A stretch of DNA of 64,000 bases from Heptranchias perlo (GCF_035084215.1 NC_090347.1:16554001-16618000); one strand, 5' to 3'; shown: positions 36,645 to 49,202, counted from the stretch's first letter. Translations and numbers: made by a program. The notes: generated by a model not told the origin, from the letters alone.

Positions 36645-36900
36645 CTTCAGTGGCTCAGAATATTTATCTAGTCAGTAACTGAGCCACACAAATCAGAAAA
36701 GTTGCAGATTTGGTCTCTGGTTTGTGCTGAATTAACTGATCTCAACTGGGGGTCGCAATAGGGCACCACAATTGACCTCCGCTCCCCTGGGTTAGGAAGC
36801 GGTAAATCAGCCAGGATTCCTACACCTGATTGCTGTCTAGTGATACCCCTTCTGGAAAAGCGCATCTGTGACATCTGGCAGATGTTGGGGTAGCATCCAC
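36645..36900 (+). mobile_element. AmnSINE2-like tRNA-derived SINE (relatives near 38170-38400, 53950-54270, 61900-62200)
   Basis: TGTGCTGAATTAACTGATCTCA..CACAATTGACCTC..CCCTGGGTTAGG..AATCAGCCAGG resembles the recalled AmnSINE2 consensus and recurs in the window. Confidence 0.55.
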
Positions 36901-37429
36901 CTGCTCCGACAGGAAGGGTCGTAAAAAGCAATGAGGTAAGTTTGCTCCTAAGAGAGCGACTTGGAGGCATTTCAAAGGTAATCGATTAACTCCAGGATCA
37001 ATCACCTTTATAGTTGGAGCTTCTGGGACCTTTTCTGGGCCTCAGCAGATTGCGTGCCAGTTCTCACCTGGCATGAGACTCGCTGAGGTTTTATGAAGGT
37101 GGAATGGCTGGAATTTCTCATGGAAGCCCAGGAATTTCCCTAGACACACTACCCATTGATGTAGTGGGGTGGGCAGAAGACATACCCACAGCCCAACTAC
37201 TGTGTTAACTGTTATAAGTTCAGTGGAAACCCAATGTAACAGATTATGCCCTAAATTCCTGTCCCCCTTCAGGAATCATACAAATTCCCCTTTTGGTCCC
37301 AGGAATTTTGGGGCCAGGTTATTTTGTTGCTGCATTGCACATGTGGGTAATTTCATTCTGCACCATTTTTGTGCCCTTTATCGTTATAGCGTTATGATTT
37401 TGATACAGTCTAATTTTCTTCTGCAACAG

Positions 37430-37537
37430 GTATGTAAATATTGGCTCACTGGCATTCAGCAAAGACTCCCAGTTCCTGTCAGCATCAAGTAATACAGAAA
37501 CTATTCACATCTTCAAACTTGAACAGCCCAGCCAAAG
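37430..37537 (+). CDS. WIPI1: WIPI1 exon 8 ([35 protein letters not shown])
   Basis: caacag acceptor, gtacag donor, 108 nt. Confidence 0.96.
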
Positions 37538-38409
37538 GTACAGTAGTCCCTCAAAATGTTCCCTGCTAGGACTGGACTAGACGTTCAGTCATTCACATTA
37601 CTTTCTGTCAGACAGCCGGACTCCTAGGGAGGGCCAAAGCCAGACAGCTAAAGTTGTTATTCTTTCAACGCAGGCTCCACTTTATAAGTTTAGATATTTT
37701 CTACTTGACTCACTCATTCCTCTGTCATCTTGTTTAAACCATGACTTCAGCTTTGAGTAACATTTCCCACCTCCCAATCTTAGTACAAAATCAGTGACTT
37801 GCATCAGACTGTATAAATAGTCTATCTGGATATCTGGCCAATTTTAACCAAGAAAATACTAGTATATGTATTCAGGGCGTTAATGTGAAGTTAGTTTAAC
37901 AGAAGGATTAAGCAAAAATGAACCTTTGGCAACACCATCTGAGTTTGAGTTATTCTGTCTGTGGTCCTGTGAGAATAATGGTTTAAGTGCTCAATTTATA
38001 TTGTTGCTTTCCCAACAGTGACAGTGTAAGTGAGGTAGATCAGTACAGACTCAGCCCACCAGCAGTCAGAAGACGTGACCACCTCCGTTAGCAATTGCAG
38101 TTCTCTTTACTTGACTGCAAGGTGCTGTGATGTCTCTGTAGATGCCTGGAGATACTTGATATGGTGGTGTCCACGACCTATTGAGGCAAAAGGCCACCTT
38201 GTTGCATTGCTGTCTCACTCCTGCTGAACGTGTACATATGTTGGCATTGGGTGTGGACGATGGGCAGTGACATGATTGGGTTTGGCTGTGTTGGATCCAT
38301 GTTCAAAAAGCCTGTGAACACTCATTGTTCAGGCTTCTAGATGATTTGGGCAAGATACCAGAAAGCCACCGATAATCCCGCTACCTTCAGGGGAAGAGGA
38401 GTAAATAAA

Positions 38410-38845
38410 TCACAGAATCTTACTGCAGAGAAGGTGGCTATTCGGCCCATCATGCTTGTGCCAGCTCTTTGAAAGAACTATCCAATTAGTCCCACTCCCC
38501 TGCTCTTTCCTCAAAGCCCTGCAAATTTTGAAAGTTACTATTGAATTTGCTTCCACCACCCTTTCAGACATAACAATTCATGGTGTAAAATAATTTCTCC
38601 TCATCTCCCCCCTGGTTCTTTTGCCAATTATCTTAAATCTGTGTCCTCTGGTTATCAACCCTCCTGCCAGTGGAAACAGTTTCTCCCTATCTACTCAATC
38701 AAAACCCTTTATAATTTTGAACACTATTAAAGCTCTCCTTAACCTTCTCTGCTCTAAGGAGAACAATCCCAGCTTCTCCAGTCTCTCCACATAACAAGTC
38801 CCTCATCCTTGATACCATTCTCGTAAATCTCCTCTGCACCCTGAG
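38410..38845 (-). mobile_element. CR1 3' fragment
   Basis: Closely similar to 43332-43810. Confidence 0.8.
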
Positions 38846-39996
38846 TTCTTGTAGCTCAGAGACACAGTAGCTGAGAGATATTTTGAGGGGCGTTAGAAAT
38901 TTGGAGGACTAATCCAAGTGTATAAAAGAAATAAAGCAAAATAGTCTCCCCTGGCCCCTCTACCATTTTAAAATATCATTCAAGCTGCAATGTTTAAAGT
39001 TTGCCAAGCCACACTCTCGAACCCGGATCCGGCATCTATGAGATTCCAAGCAAAAATGTTTTGAATTCTTAAACTGAAAATAGCAGTGTTTAAACTACGA
39101 GTTGGCGTTCCCTCATGCTAACCGCTGGACCATTTTTGCTGCAGTGCATTTTCCCACCACATAGAGACACCACACCACCTTTTATTTCATCTATTGTGCT
39201 GCATAAGTAAAACCCGGGCCAATAAAAATAAAATGAGCCAACACATCCCTTGACAGTGCTGATTTTTTAATATATTGTGCACACTGTTATAATCTTCCGG
39301 AGACTAATAGTACAAAGAATAGTTGTCTTTCATGTCTCGACCTCCCCTTTTATTGGGCTGTAAGCAAAACATTAGAGAAAGCAAGTCAACACAGGTAAAC
39401 TATGAACATCTGTTTATCAGTTGGTTGCCTGACAACTTTCTAACTACACTGTTGGACTCCTGACACAAAAGCATCATGGCTGGAAATCCCAGCCTCAAAT
39501 GGCATTCCAGTTCCCCTGACCACAGATCAGGCACGGCCACTGAGCAGGTTCCCAGTGTTCTCAGTCTGCTCGCTACACTGCTCTGCATCCAACCACCTTC
39601 TCTGCTCAGCACTGTCACGTTGGCCAGTCAAAGATGCTTTGAGTCTTTTGATGGCGAAGGCAAGTGATTAGTAAAAAATGCTGCAAAACCATTGGACAGG
39701 TGAGGGAAAAATGTGAAAATTACACAGCAGAATGAACATTTAATCCTATGCCTTGATAATGGCCCTTATTGATGATGTAGATGACGTGTGTCGTTTCTTT
39801 ACAATTTTATCAACTATTATGTGGAAAGTGCCAAGTAGCATTAACTTACTGCTGCATTCCCATCACAGTCTGTAGGATAGATAGGTTTGGCTTTATATTA
39901 ATTGAGCTGAAAAGATAAAGAATACTCAGGTAATAGACACTGACAGACACATATGTTGAGTCTCTGATCTCTGAAATGTAATCTTGATTACACCAG

Positions 39997-40161
39997 GCCC
40001 CAGGAGGAGTCTCCAACTTGGAGTGGATATATGGGGAAGATGTTTATGGCAGCCACTAACTACCTCCCTACCCAGGTGTCAGGCATAATGAACCAGGATC
40101 GAGCATTTGCCACAGTACGTCTCAACTTCTCTGGTCAAAGGAGCATCTGTATGCTCGCTAT
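39997..40161 (+). CDS. WIPI1: WIPI1 exon 9 ([54 protein letters not shown])
   Basis: caccag acceptor, gtgagt donor, 165 nt; [17 protein letters not shown] is diagnostic of WIPI1 (blade-6 loop). Confidence 0.97.
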
Positions 40162-41254
40162 GTGAGTAGACATGACAGAAACATAATTAGAGTAAATAGA
40201 TAGTTACCTGCTAAGCTGGTAGTTTTACTAAATGTAACTTATTAACATTTTGTGTCCACGGTATTTGCTACAAGTAGTTTCATCCATCCAGGGGGTAAGT
40301 GCTTAATAGCTTCAGTTCCTTTTATATTCTACCTGTCATTCATGGCAAACTAAAAAATCCTAATACAGTTTCCTGCCATTTCTACCGTGATCCCGCCTGA
40401 AATTGGGCAGGATCGTGGAGGAAAATACCCCTCCCCGTGCAGAAGCATAGGGCATGAAAATCCTTGAGGTTTCCGCTGGACTCTGTTTCTGGCCGTTTCC
40501 GAAATACCTTGTAAGTTATGGAATGTCCACCCACCCTCACACAGCAAACGTAGTCAGGGCGCAGAGCTAGGGGACAGGACTCCCTGCATTGGAGCTTCTG
40601 CTATGCCGAGTGAGCTGAGGTGTGCCAGCTCGCCAGTTCCAGTTAGTCGAAAGTGGGCCCTACCAGTGGCATCCAGGCCAGGGAAGCAACCAGAGCCCCC
40701 GAAGAAAGGGGGCATTTTTTTTTTAACTTTGTGGTCACCACCTCTCCCCTTGTACAGGGGGCTGAGAGCCACATGCTCGGGGTCAGAAGAGGTTGGGCCT
40801 GGGAAATCCTTCTCTTCCCACATGGCAGGCAGATGCCGAAGATGCACCCCCCTAGTGGTGTTTGCTTTTGTCTTCCCCATGCAAATTAGTTGCCCTCCCG
40901 TTGATTCTTCAAACTCTTATCGTATCCTGAGGAATTTCAGGATGACATATTTTTGGTATGGGTTGGGAAGAATGCCTCAGATGCTAATTTTTTTTTGTGC
41001 TGCAGATTAAATATAGCTGTTTGGGTTTTCTTCCTCTTCCTTAAATTGAATGGAGGAGGGATTTTTTTGGTCATTTGAATATCTATCTGAACAAACAGAA
41101 AACCATCAACAGGTTTGAATCCAAAAGCTAAGCTAAGCTACTGAGAAACCTACACAGGTAGAGGCCTGATATGCGTGCTCTTTTCCCTGTAGGGGCTCAC
41201 TCTACTCTAGAGAGTTTAGACACAGGTTTGCACAAACAAGGCTTAAGGACCCCT

Positions 41255-41541
41255 GCAATTTGTGGGTTAAAACTCCATTCTAGGACCGCCTGTTTTGCTG
41301 TTCAGATGAAGATACCATGGCACTGTATGAAAAGCAGTAAGTTTTCTTGGCATCAGCCAACATCACCAAAAACAGATTAACTGGTTATTCATTGTTGTTT
41401 GCGGGATCTTGGTGTGCGCAAAATAACTGCTGAATTTAGTCTACATGACGACAATGGCTGCATTTCAAAGTAAGTAATTAGTCTTTGGAATATTTCTGAC
41501 AAATGTGATAAGATGTTACATAAATGCAGGTCCTTCTTTCT
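41255..41541 (+). mobile_element. Degenerate Deu-domain SINE
   Basis: CCATGGCACTG..AAAACAGATTAACTGG..TATAAATGCAG-like remnants. Confidence 0.6.
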
Positions 41542-42786
41542 CAAAAATGGAAAGATGAAAAATTGTAAATGGTTCTAAATCCAAGTTTATATTTTAATTA
41601 TTACTAGTCGATCTCTTGTGGTGTTGCACATGTGAGGATCAAGACCAAATGTAGCCTTCAGATGAAGCAGCCCTAGAGGATGGGAGATAATTGGACCAGG
41701 ACATCAAAAAGTAATTCATTCCCCATCTTAAAGTCTTAGGGGGTACATTTCATCAGAGCTGCTCCCATTCTGCCACTGTAACTTTGCTGGAAGTGTGGTA
41801 GAAACCCTGATTACACACATTAACAGGATTTCTGCCACACCTCCTGCAAAGTTATGATGGTGGAGCAGGAGCAGCCCCTAGGAAATTCCCGATCATACAT
41901 TCTGTCCTTTTTTTATATAATATTTTGATATTATTATTCATAATTATATAGTAAAACTTGTAACAACTTGGGAAGCAGAAAAGTAGAATTGGTTGGAGCA
42001 AGGAGATTCTTTGCCGTACAGGCTGAGGAGCTGGGAGACGCAAAACTTTTTTTTTTATTCGTTCATGGGATGTGGGCGTCGCTGGCATGGCCAGCATTTA
42101 TTGCCCATCCCTAATTGCCCTTGAGAAGGTGGCGGTGAGCCGCCTTCTTGAACCGCTGCAGTCTGTGTGGTGAAGGTCCTCCCACTGAGACACTACAGTG
42201 CCACACTGGTGGGAGGGTGTAATTACAACATGACAAGTTTACATAGGCAGTTTCCTTCATAAATGTGGACATAGGAACTTATAACAGTAAAAGTTGACAT
42301 AGGAAGTGTGCACAGTTATACGATTTTTAAGGTAGATAGTTATGAATAAAGCAGGTATTGATATAGCTTAGTACATGTTAGCCAACCTCATTAGTCAGGT
42401 TACAAAATACTTGTCAGCAATTAACAACAACTAAACAGATTAATTGATCATTTATTTCATTTGCTATTTTGTTATTTAAAAAATGTTTTAAAAAAATTCT
42501 GTGTGTGCAAAATGTCGCCATATCAGCAGTGACTCCACTTGGCTGTCATTGGAACCTTCTGAGGACTTGAAAGCAAGCTCTTTCCTTCTTTTCATTTGTT
42601 CAGGAACATTTTCTCTTGTGCTCTATTTATAGTGAAATTATAAACATGTTCTTTAAATCAATCGGGAATAGTGCAATGAGAATACCTTCCCAGGCTATAT
42701 TCTAAGCCACGGGTAGTCATTAAATAGTGATGAATATATTTCTGTGCTGCTTTGGGGTTTAGCAAATGTATTGTTTTGGTGAGCAG

Positions 42787-42894
42787 GATTCAGAAGTTAC
42801 CTCGACTTCTTGTTGCCGCCTCAGATGGATTCCTCTACATTTACAACCTGGACCCTCATGATGGTGGAGAGTGTGTTCTCATAAAGAAACACAG
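42787..42894 (+). CDS. WIPI1: WIPI1 exon 10 ([35 protein letters not shown])
   Basis: gagcag acceptor, gtgaat donor, 108 nt. Confidence 0.96.
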
Positions 42895-43331
42895 GTGAAT
42901 GTTTATTCCACATGTACCAAAGAGATTTTATAAATTTAAGGATTGCTGGTTTGGCTGCTGAGCGCCTGAAGAAACTGACTGCAGTATGCATGGTGCAATC
43001 TGAGGTCATTTACAGTCGAATTTCATAAAAGACATCAGGCCCTCAATTTGCATATGCAATGGGCCCAACGCCAGTTTCAGGCACTCGCCCTGGTTGCCTA
43101 CGCTGGAGATCTAACCAATGTAAACCCTTAGGCACCCTTTTGACAACTGTTAAACCAGCGCAGCATGATCCAATTTCTAGACCCATGTGCTTTATGTGGC
43201 TTGCTCCTAATTTACATACAAATTGGCTCCGACAGTACTTGGAATCTGCGCAATGGTGGGCTGTACACATCCGGGACAGGGAACGAAGGCGGGAAAATGG
43301 GGTTGAAGTACAGATCAGTCATAATCTAATT

Positions 43332-43971
43332 CATAGAATCATATATCACAGAAGGAGGCCTGTGCTGGCTCTTTGAAAGAGCTAACCAATTAGTCCCTCT
43401 CCCCTGCTCTTTCCTCATAGCCCTGCAGATTTTTCCTTTTCAAGTATTTATCTAATTCCCTTTTGAAAGGTACAATTGAATCTGCTTCCACCACCTTCTC
43501 AGGCAGTACATTGCAGATCATAATAACTCACTGCATAAAAATATTTCTCCTCATCTTCCCTCAGGTTCTTTTGCCAATTACCTTAAATCTGTGTCCTCTG
43601 GTTACTGACCCTTCTGCCAATGGAAATAGTTTCTCCTTATTTACTCTATCAAAACCCCTCATAATTTTGAACACCTCTATTAAATCTCCCCTTAATCTTC
43701 TCTGCTCTAAGGAGAACAATCCCAGTTTCTCTAGTGTCTCTACGTAACTGAAGTCCCTCATCCCTGGTATCATTCTAGTAAATCTCCTATGCACCCTCTC
43801 CAAGACCTTCACTTCCTTCCTAAAGTGTGGTGCTCAGAATTGGACACAATACTCCAGCTGAGGCTTAACCAGTGATTTATAAATGTTCAGCATAACTTCC
43901 TTGCTTTTGTACTCTGTGCCTCTATTTATAAAGCTTTTCAACAGCTTTATCAACTTTTTCTGCCACTCTCA
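43332..43971 (-). mobile_element. CR1 3' fragment nested in a + strand CR1 3'UTR (43270-43331 and 43972-44030)
   Basis: LERVHRRFTRMIPG..RGHRFKV; AATT duplicated at 43328-43331 and 43972-43975; host motif GATCAG.CAT.ATCT|AATTGAATG..GGCTCGAGG is split. Confidence 0.8.
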
Positions 43972-46769
43972 AATTGAATGACAGAACAGGCTCGAGGGGC
44001 TGAATGGCCTACTCCTGTTCATATGTTCCTCTGTTCCACTTTTTTCTCTTTAGCACTCTCAAACTCCCGCTTGTCTTATCTCATTCCTTGTTAGCTAATG
44101 CCCAGGATTTATGGGAGAAGTTGTGCAAGCAAGCACTGGTGGCAGTCAGAACAGAATGAATTTACAGCCTCCACTGTGCCAATACAGCCATGCCGTAATC
44201 TCTGTTGTATTTTATATTGGTGTTTGAAAGTTTAATCAATTATTTATTTCATATGAATCAAGGATACAGGACAAGCTGATTACTAAACTTCGACTTGCTC
44301 AATAGCTTGTGGATTGCATTTTTCATTGTTATCACCTTGCACTCAGGACCAGTGAAGCCTCACTGCGCCCAGTCTATGGCAGTGTCTTGGGCTTCTTTCA
44401 ATAAGGCCTCTGTAGAAAATATTTGTTGTGCAGCTGTTTAGATTAGTTTGCACTCTTAACTAGCATTATTACATTGATTTAGCAGGGGATTCTTGGTACT
44501 TTGGATGCCCCCGTCTTACTGATGGGAATGTCAGCCTTTCTTCAGAAATTCCCCTCCTCGTGATGCATTGCAACTTGATTAACCTCCAGTTATGTGTGGA
44601 GGCTGAGAACTGTACAAGAAAGTAAAATTTGCCTACCAGGTAGAGTCTTCTTCCTTCTAAGGACCGTCCTGCATACACCCTGCTCCCTCCCATCTGGCCC
44701 CACAGACATTTGCAGAATCTTTTCTTTATTTTCTCGCTAGTCACATGGGGAGGAAATGGGCTTTCCGTAGGATCGGGGATGCAAAGGGCCATGTAAGGGT
44801 CACGCTCCTTTATGACACCATCATAGTAACTTTAAGTCATAAAGGGGTCACCCTTCACATGATTTCTCCCCCAGGTACAAAAACCCAGTGCCAGCTCTCT
44901 CCAGTGGTGTGTGGAAAGTGTGAACCGTACAAGAAGAATACTCTACAAGGTAGGTAGCCCCTAGCTTGTTACTTGGCAGCAGCACTGTGATATCATACTG
45001 TCAAGGTTTCCACATCACTCACACCCTTTTAACTTGAATCTTTTTAGAGAATTCAACAAAATTGGCAATTAACACCTCAGTTTCCGGTTCTTTTTCTGTT
45101 TTTTTGTTTTGTCGCCTCATCCACATCAGATTTTTAAAATGTCTCCTGCTTTTTCTTCTTTTTGTCTTTTGCATCTTTGTCAGAACCACTTTTATTACAA
45201 AATATGGTGAATGTTTGTCAGGTACTGGGTAAATTTCAGAATTCACTGGATTTTTTTCAATGTGACCTTCTTGGCAAGAACTAAACAAAATGGTAAATGT
45301 ACTGCAAAGTTGTGATGTTTGAAAACTTTGAAGGGGAAATGTATTCTGCTGAATTGCACCTTCATTGTAAATATTATAATGGAAGTCATCTGTAAACGTA
45401 CTAATTTCTCTGAATCACGACTTGCAAACTATTACATTTTATGCTCTATAATTGCTGGCTAGAGGAGACAGGCATAAATGTGACATCGTTAGAATTCTGC
45501 TCATAGTTACAATCTCACTTCAATGACCTCATGAATGGGAACAGTGGACATGGTGTTCTTTACTCAGTGTTACTGCAGTACAACTTCAAAGCAGGCATAG
45601 CATTGTACAAAATGCCTGTACCCAGTCTGTCTCTAATCAGTATTTTTAAAGTATAATCGATGGCGGGTCTGTCTGCTGTGTTCTGCCCTAGGGCAAGCCC
45701 TAACTCTAGACTCACACATGAGATTCTTGAGCCACTAAGTAGGGAAAAGTAGGTGAGGTAGTTTCCTGTTGCATCCTCGGTTTTTACCTTTGGGAGATCC
45801 TTCTCGTAGGTGGACTGCAATCAAGGCTAAAGAGTCCCATCTACCCTTTATGATGGGGGGGTGGGGGAGAGGGAGAGAAGGGGGCGTGCACGCAACCTTC
45901 AGATGCAAGTACCCCCACTGGACCTCAACCGAGTATTCATAGCCAGTGTCCCAGTCTCCACTAGCCGTGGCTGTCTGGAGTGCAGCCCGAACCCAACCTT
46001 TCTGACTGAGGCGGAATACTACCACTGAGCCAGTGGTCACCACATCCAGACCTGAGTACCCCGCTGGATGTTAACCCAGTATTTAGAGACCATATTGTAG
46101 TCTCCATTCGCCGGGGCTATCTGGAGTGGGGCTCAAACTCTTCACCTGCTGACTCAGAGACGGGAATGCCAAAGGCTCACTCCGATAGCAGGTTGTAAAT
46201 ATTATGGGGCCCCTTTAAAATATCTACAACACGTGGCAATTCAGTGGAACTTTCTTTAAAGGAGAACATCAAATATTGCAGCAGTCAAATCTAAACGTTT
46301 TATTTAGTACTGGTGAAGTTATTGTCGGCAATAACGATCCATTTCCTATCTGAATCGATGGGAAGTGAAGGCTCCCAAGCTGTAATGTGATGGTACATAA
46401 TGAAATCACAGCATGCCAGAACTTCAAGGCAGGTCATTTTTGAGCAAAGTACTGCTGAAACTGTAAAGGGGTATTTCTGAAAATGCATTATTTCTCTTGC
46501 CATTGATGTTATACAGCTAATGGTAGAAGGGTATGTGAGAATGATCCAGGATCAATGGCCTCTTACCCTCCTCTGAGGAAGGGGCTCATCTCTGTGCACC
46601 ACCACACTGATGATGTGGGCAAGATTAATAACTAATGAATGGAGGTGAAGATGCAAACCTCCATCCTACGTAGCACCAACATAATGCAACACCCTGAAAA
46701 TGAAACATCTGCTACGAGGAAGCTCAGATTTTGACATTTTGTACTGCTGCCCTTTTTGTTCTGGTTTAG

Positions 46770-46891
46770 GCTACACAATGAAGATGACAGCAGTGACGCT
46801 ACCAAATCTGACCTGTCGCCTTCCATCTCACCGTCCTATGCAGCAACTGTTGCCAAAACCAGCTCAGTGCCTTCGTCGTCAACAACACAAG
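46770..46891 (+). CDS. WIPI1: WIPI1 exon 11 (LHNEDDSSDATKSDLSPSISPSYAATVAKTSSVPSSSTTQ)
   Basis: gtttag acceptor, gtatca donor, 122 nt; SYAATVA matches WIPI1; phases fit both neighbours. Confidence 0.9.
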
Positions 46892-46967
46892 GTATCAACT
46901 TAATCGCAGTCATTTGTAATGTTCTTTATTGACTGATCAGATTATCATGCCCTTTGTCCCAAACAGA

Positions 46968-47470
46968 ACAATACAAAGGGAGCTCTATGGGCTGTACAAT
47001 ACATTACACAGGGAGCTCTATGGGCTGTACAATACATTACACAGGGAGCTCTATGGGCTGTACAATACATTACACGGAGCTCTATGGGCTGTACAATACA
47101 TTACACAGGGAGCTCTATGGGCTGTACAATACATTACACAGGGAGCTCTATGGGCTGTACAATACATTACACAGGGAGCTCTATAGGCTGTACAATACAT
47201 TACACAGGTAGCCCTATGGGTGTACAATACATTACACAGGGAGCTCTATGGGCTGTACAATACATTACACAGGGAGCTCTATGGGCTGTACAATACATTA
47301 CACAGGGAGCTCTATGGGCTGTACAATACATTACACAGGGAGCCCTATAGGCTGTACAATACATTACACAGGGAGCTCTATGGGCTGTACAGTGCATTAC
47401 ACAGGGAGCTGTATGGGCTGTACAGTGCATTACACAGGGAAGTTTGATAGGTTGTACTGTATATTACAGA
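46968..47470. repeat. 33-bp minisatellite (CAGGGAGCTCTATGGGCTGTACAATACATTACA), about 14 copies
   Basis: Near-identical tandem units; small deletions in two units; decays at the right end. Confidence 0.97.
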
Positions 47471-47504
47471 GGGGAGCTAAATGTGCTGAACAATACACTA
47501 CACC

Positions 47505-47597
47505 AGAGGTAGAAGATCAGCCATGATCTTATTAAACGGCGCAGCAGGCTCGAGGCACCGTTTTGTCTACTCCTGTTCCTATTTCTTATGTTCTTAT
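47505..47597 (+). mobile_element. CR1 3'UTR stub
   Basis: GATCAGCCATGATCTT..GGCTCGAGG..CTACTCCTG..TTCTTATGTTCTTA. Confidence 0.75.
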
Positions 47598-47783
47598 TAT
47601 GGGCTATGGAGTAAATAGGCTGTCAGATGCATTATATAGGGAAGTGTGTGGACCGACCTCCACATTATGCAATATATCTAACTGTGGGAGATGGTCTAAG
47701 TAATGCAATATATTGAACATGTTTTGATTTAAATTATACCACATATCATCTAAGACACACTGTTATTTAATTTTCTCCTCCAG

Positions 47784-47905
47784 GATATTCTGAGGATGGT
47801 GGTGCTCTGCGAGGAGAGATCATTCCTGAGCACGAGTTTGCTGCTGGACCATTATTCCTGGATGATGAGTCTGAATTCCCTCCTGTGAGCATAAAGAATA
47901 ACTAA
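47784..47905 (+). CDS. WIPI1: WIPI1 exon 12 (GYSEDGGALRGEIIPEHEFAAGPLFLDDESEFPP, then VSIKNN* on read-through; possible donor after 47884)
   Basis: ctccag acceptor; WIPI1-specific C-terminal sequence; TAA at 47903-47905. Confidence 0.92.
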
Positions 47906-48926
47906 AGCCTGAACCAGCGCTTTGTTACTCACAAGGGCAAGTGTTAATCTGAAACTGAGAAGAAAGTACTCCAGTAGCATTCACCTTCATTCTACAGTGA
48001 AGCTGACCCCTGTCATTTTGATTAACACTTTAAAGAGTGCAGTAATGTTGCTGCACTGCGTCCTAAAGTGTCACAAGTTTCAAACTGTCCTTTGCTTAGA
48101 TTGTTTATTTTTCCTCATTGTATTTTATGGTATGCAGCATTAAGATCAGACAGTTTGGGATAAGAAAAACTGTTTTCTCCATAAATGGATGGTACACCTC
48201 AATAGTCAGAGGACTGAAACCTCTGAGTACTGAGATGTACCATCAGTTTATAGGTTTCCTGCACCTCTCCAAACAATGCAATACGTGGACAGGATATTGC
48301 TGTTGTTAAAATCACCAAAGTATGAGTCATTGCTCTGTACACAGACATCTTGGAAATCTTGTGATTGCATTTCATTTCACAACCTGTGCGCATCCATGCA
48401 CAGCAGGAGTATTGGGAGCAAGGGGAGATCAGCCACCATCCCACCCACCCACCTCCCGCCACTGCACAGGACCTTGCGGATTTTGTAAGGAGAAATGAGA
48501 AAGATAATTAACACCATTGAGTAGTCAGTAGTTTAAAGGCTGTGCAATTGCCTTAAATATTAGTAAAAAAATGTAATCCAAATGGTGTAAGACTTACTTG
48601 GACTATATGTTTTTGCTATGTGTTTAGCAATTTTCACAGTAATGTGTTGACATCTTTTGTGTTGATCTTAGCCCTAAATATTTAATCAGTTCTTTCAGTA
48701 ACTGATGGGACATTTTGATGCAGAAAGAATACAGCCTTGTAAACGTTTATCATCAAATTACTTATACAAGGTGAAGGACTGAACACGGGATACAAACCTC
48801 TGGTATTTTGAAAATTGAAGTTTTCATAATCTTATTTCTGCTACTTTATATGAAGCAAGTAAAAACATCAGAAATCAGTTCTGTGAAAGAAACTGAACAT
48901 TTATTTGTGGCCAAATTTGAGTGTTT

Positions 48927-49087
48927 AATAAAATATCCTTTCTCCAAAAATCCATTTATTTGAAAACACGATAATTCTCCCAATTGACCTCTGGGTGTTG
49001 AAACATAACAGTTTTTCCCCCCATAAGATTCTCACATCTCTTTACTTTCACTGGAGGTACAGCATTGGGAACAGGGGCTCTAATAAA
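48927..49087 (+). promoter_or_regulatory. Candidate WIPI1 polyadenylation signals (AATAAA at 48927 and 49082)
   Basis: Hexamers about 1.0-1.2 kb after the stop in AT-rich, repeat-free sequence; usage not shown. Confidence 0.4.
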
Positions 49088-49202
49088 CATGTTATGTTTC
49101 AGCAATCCAACTGTATAAATTTAGCAAACATGCCAGCCCCAGGCAGTTCATGCAATTTATGTAAGTATTAAAAAAAAAATTAACTCAGATATAATTGTTA
49201 AC

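Noticed and set aside
46968-47470. CRISPR-like array or repeat protein (RELYGLYNTLH)n
   Set aside because: Units are contiguous with no unique spacers, the context is a eukaryotic intron, and the ORFs arise because 33 is divisible by 3
865-47905. Calling the gene WIPI2
   Set aside because: Exons 9, 11 and 12 ([41 protein letters not shown]) are WIPI1-type
48501-48524. AG|ATAATT.. (IINTIE*) as the equivalent of human exon 13
   Set aside because: The upstream sequence is purine-rich with no polypyrimidine tract, and only two residues match
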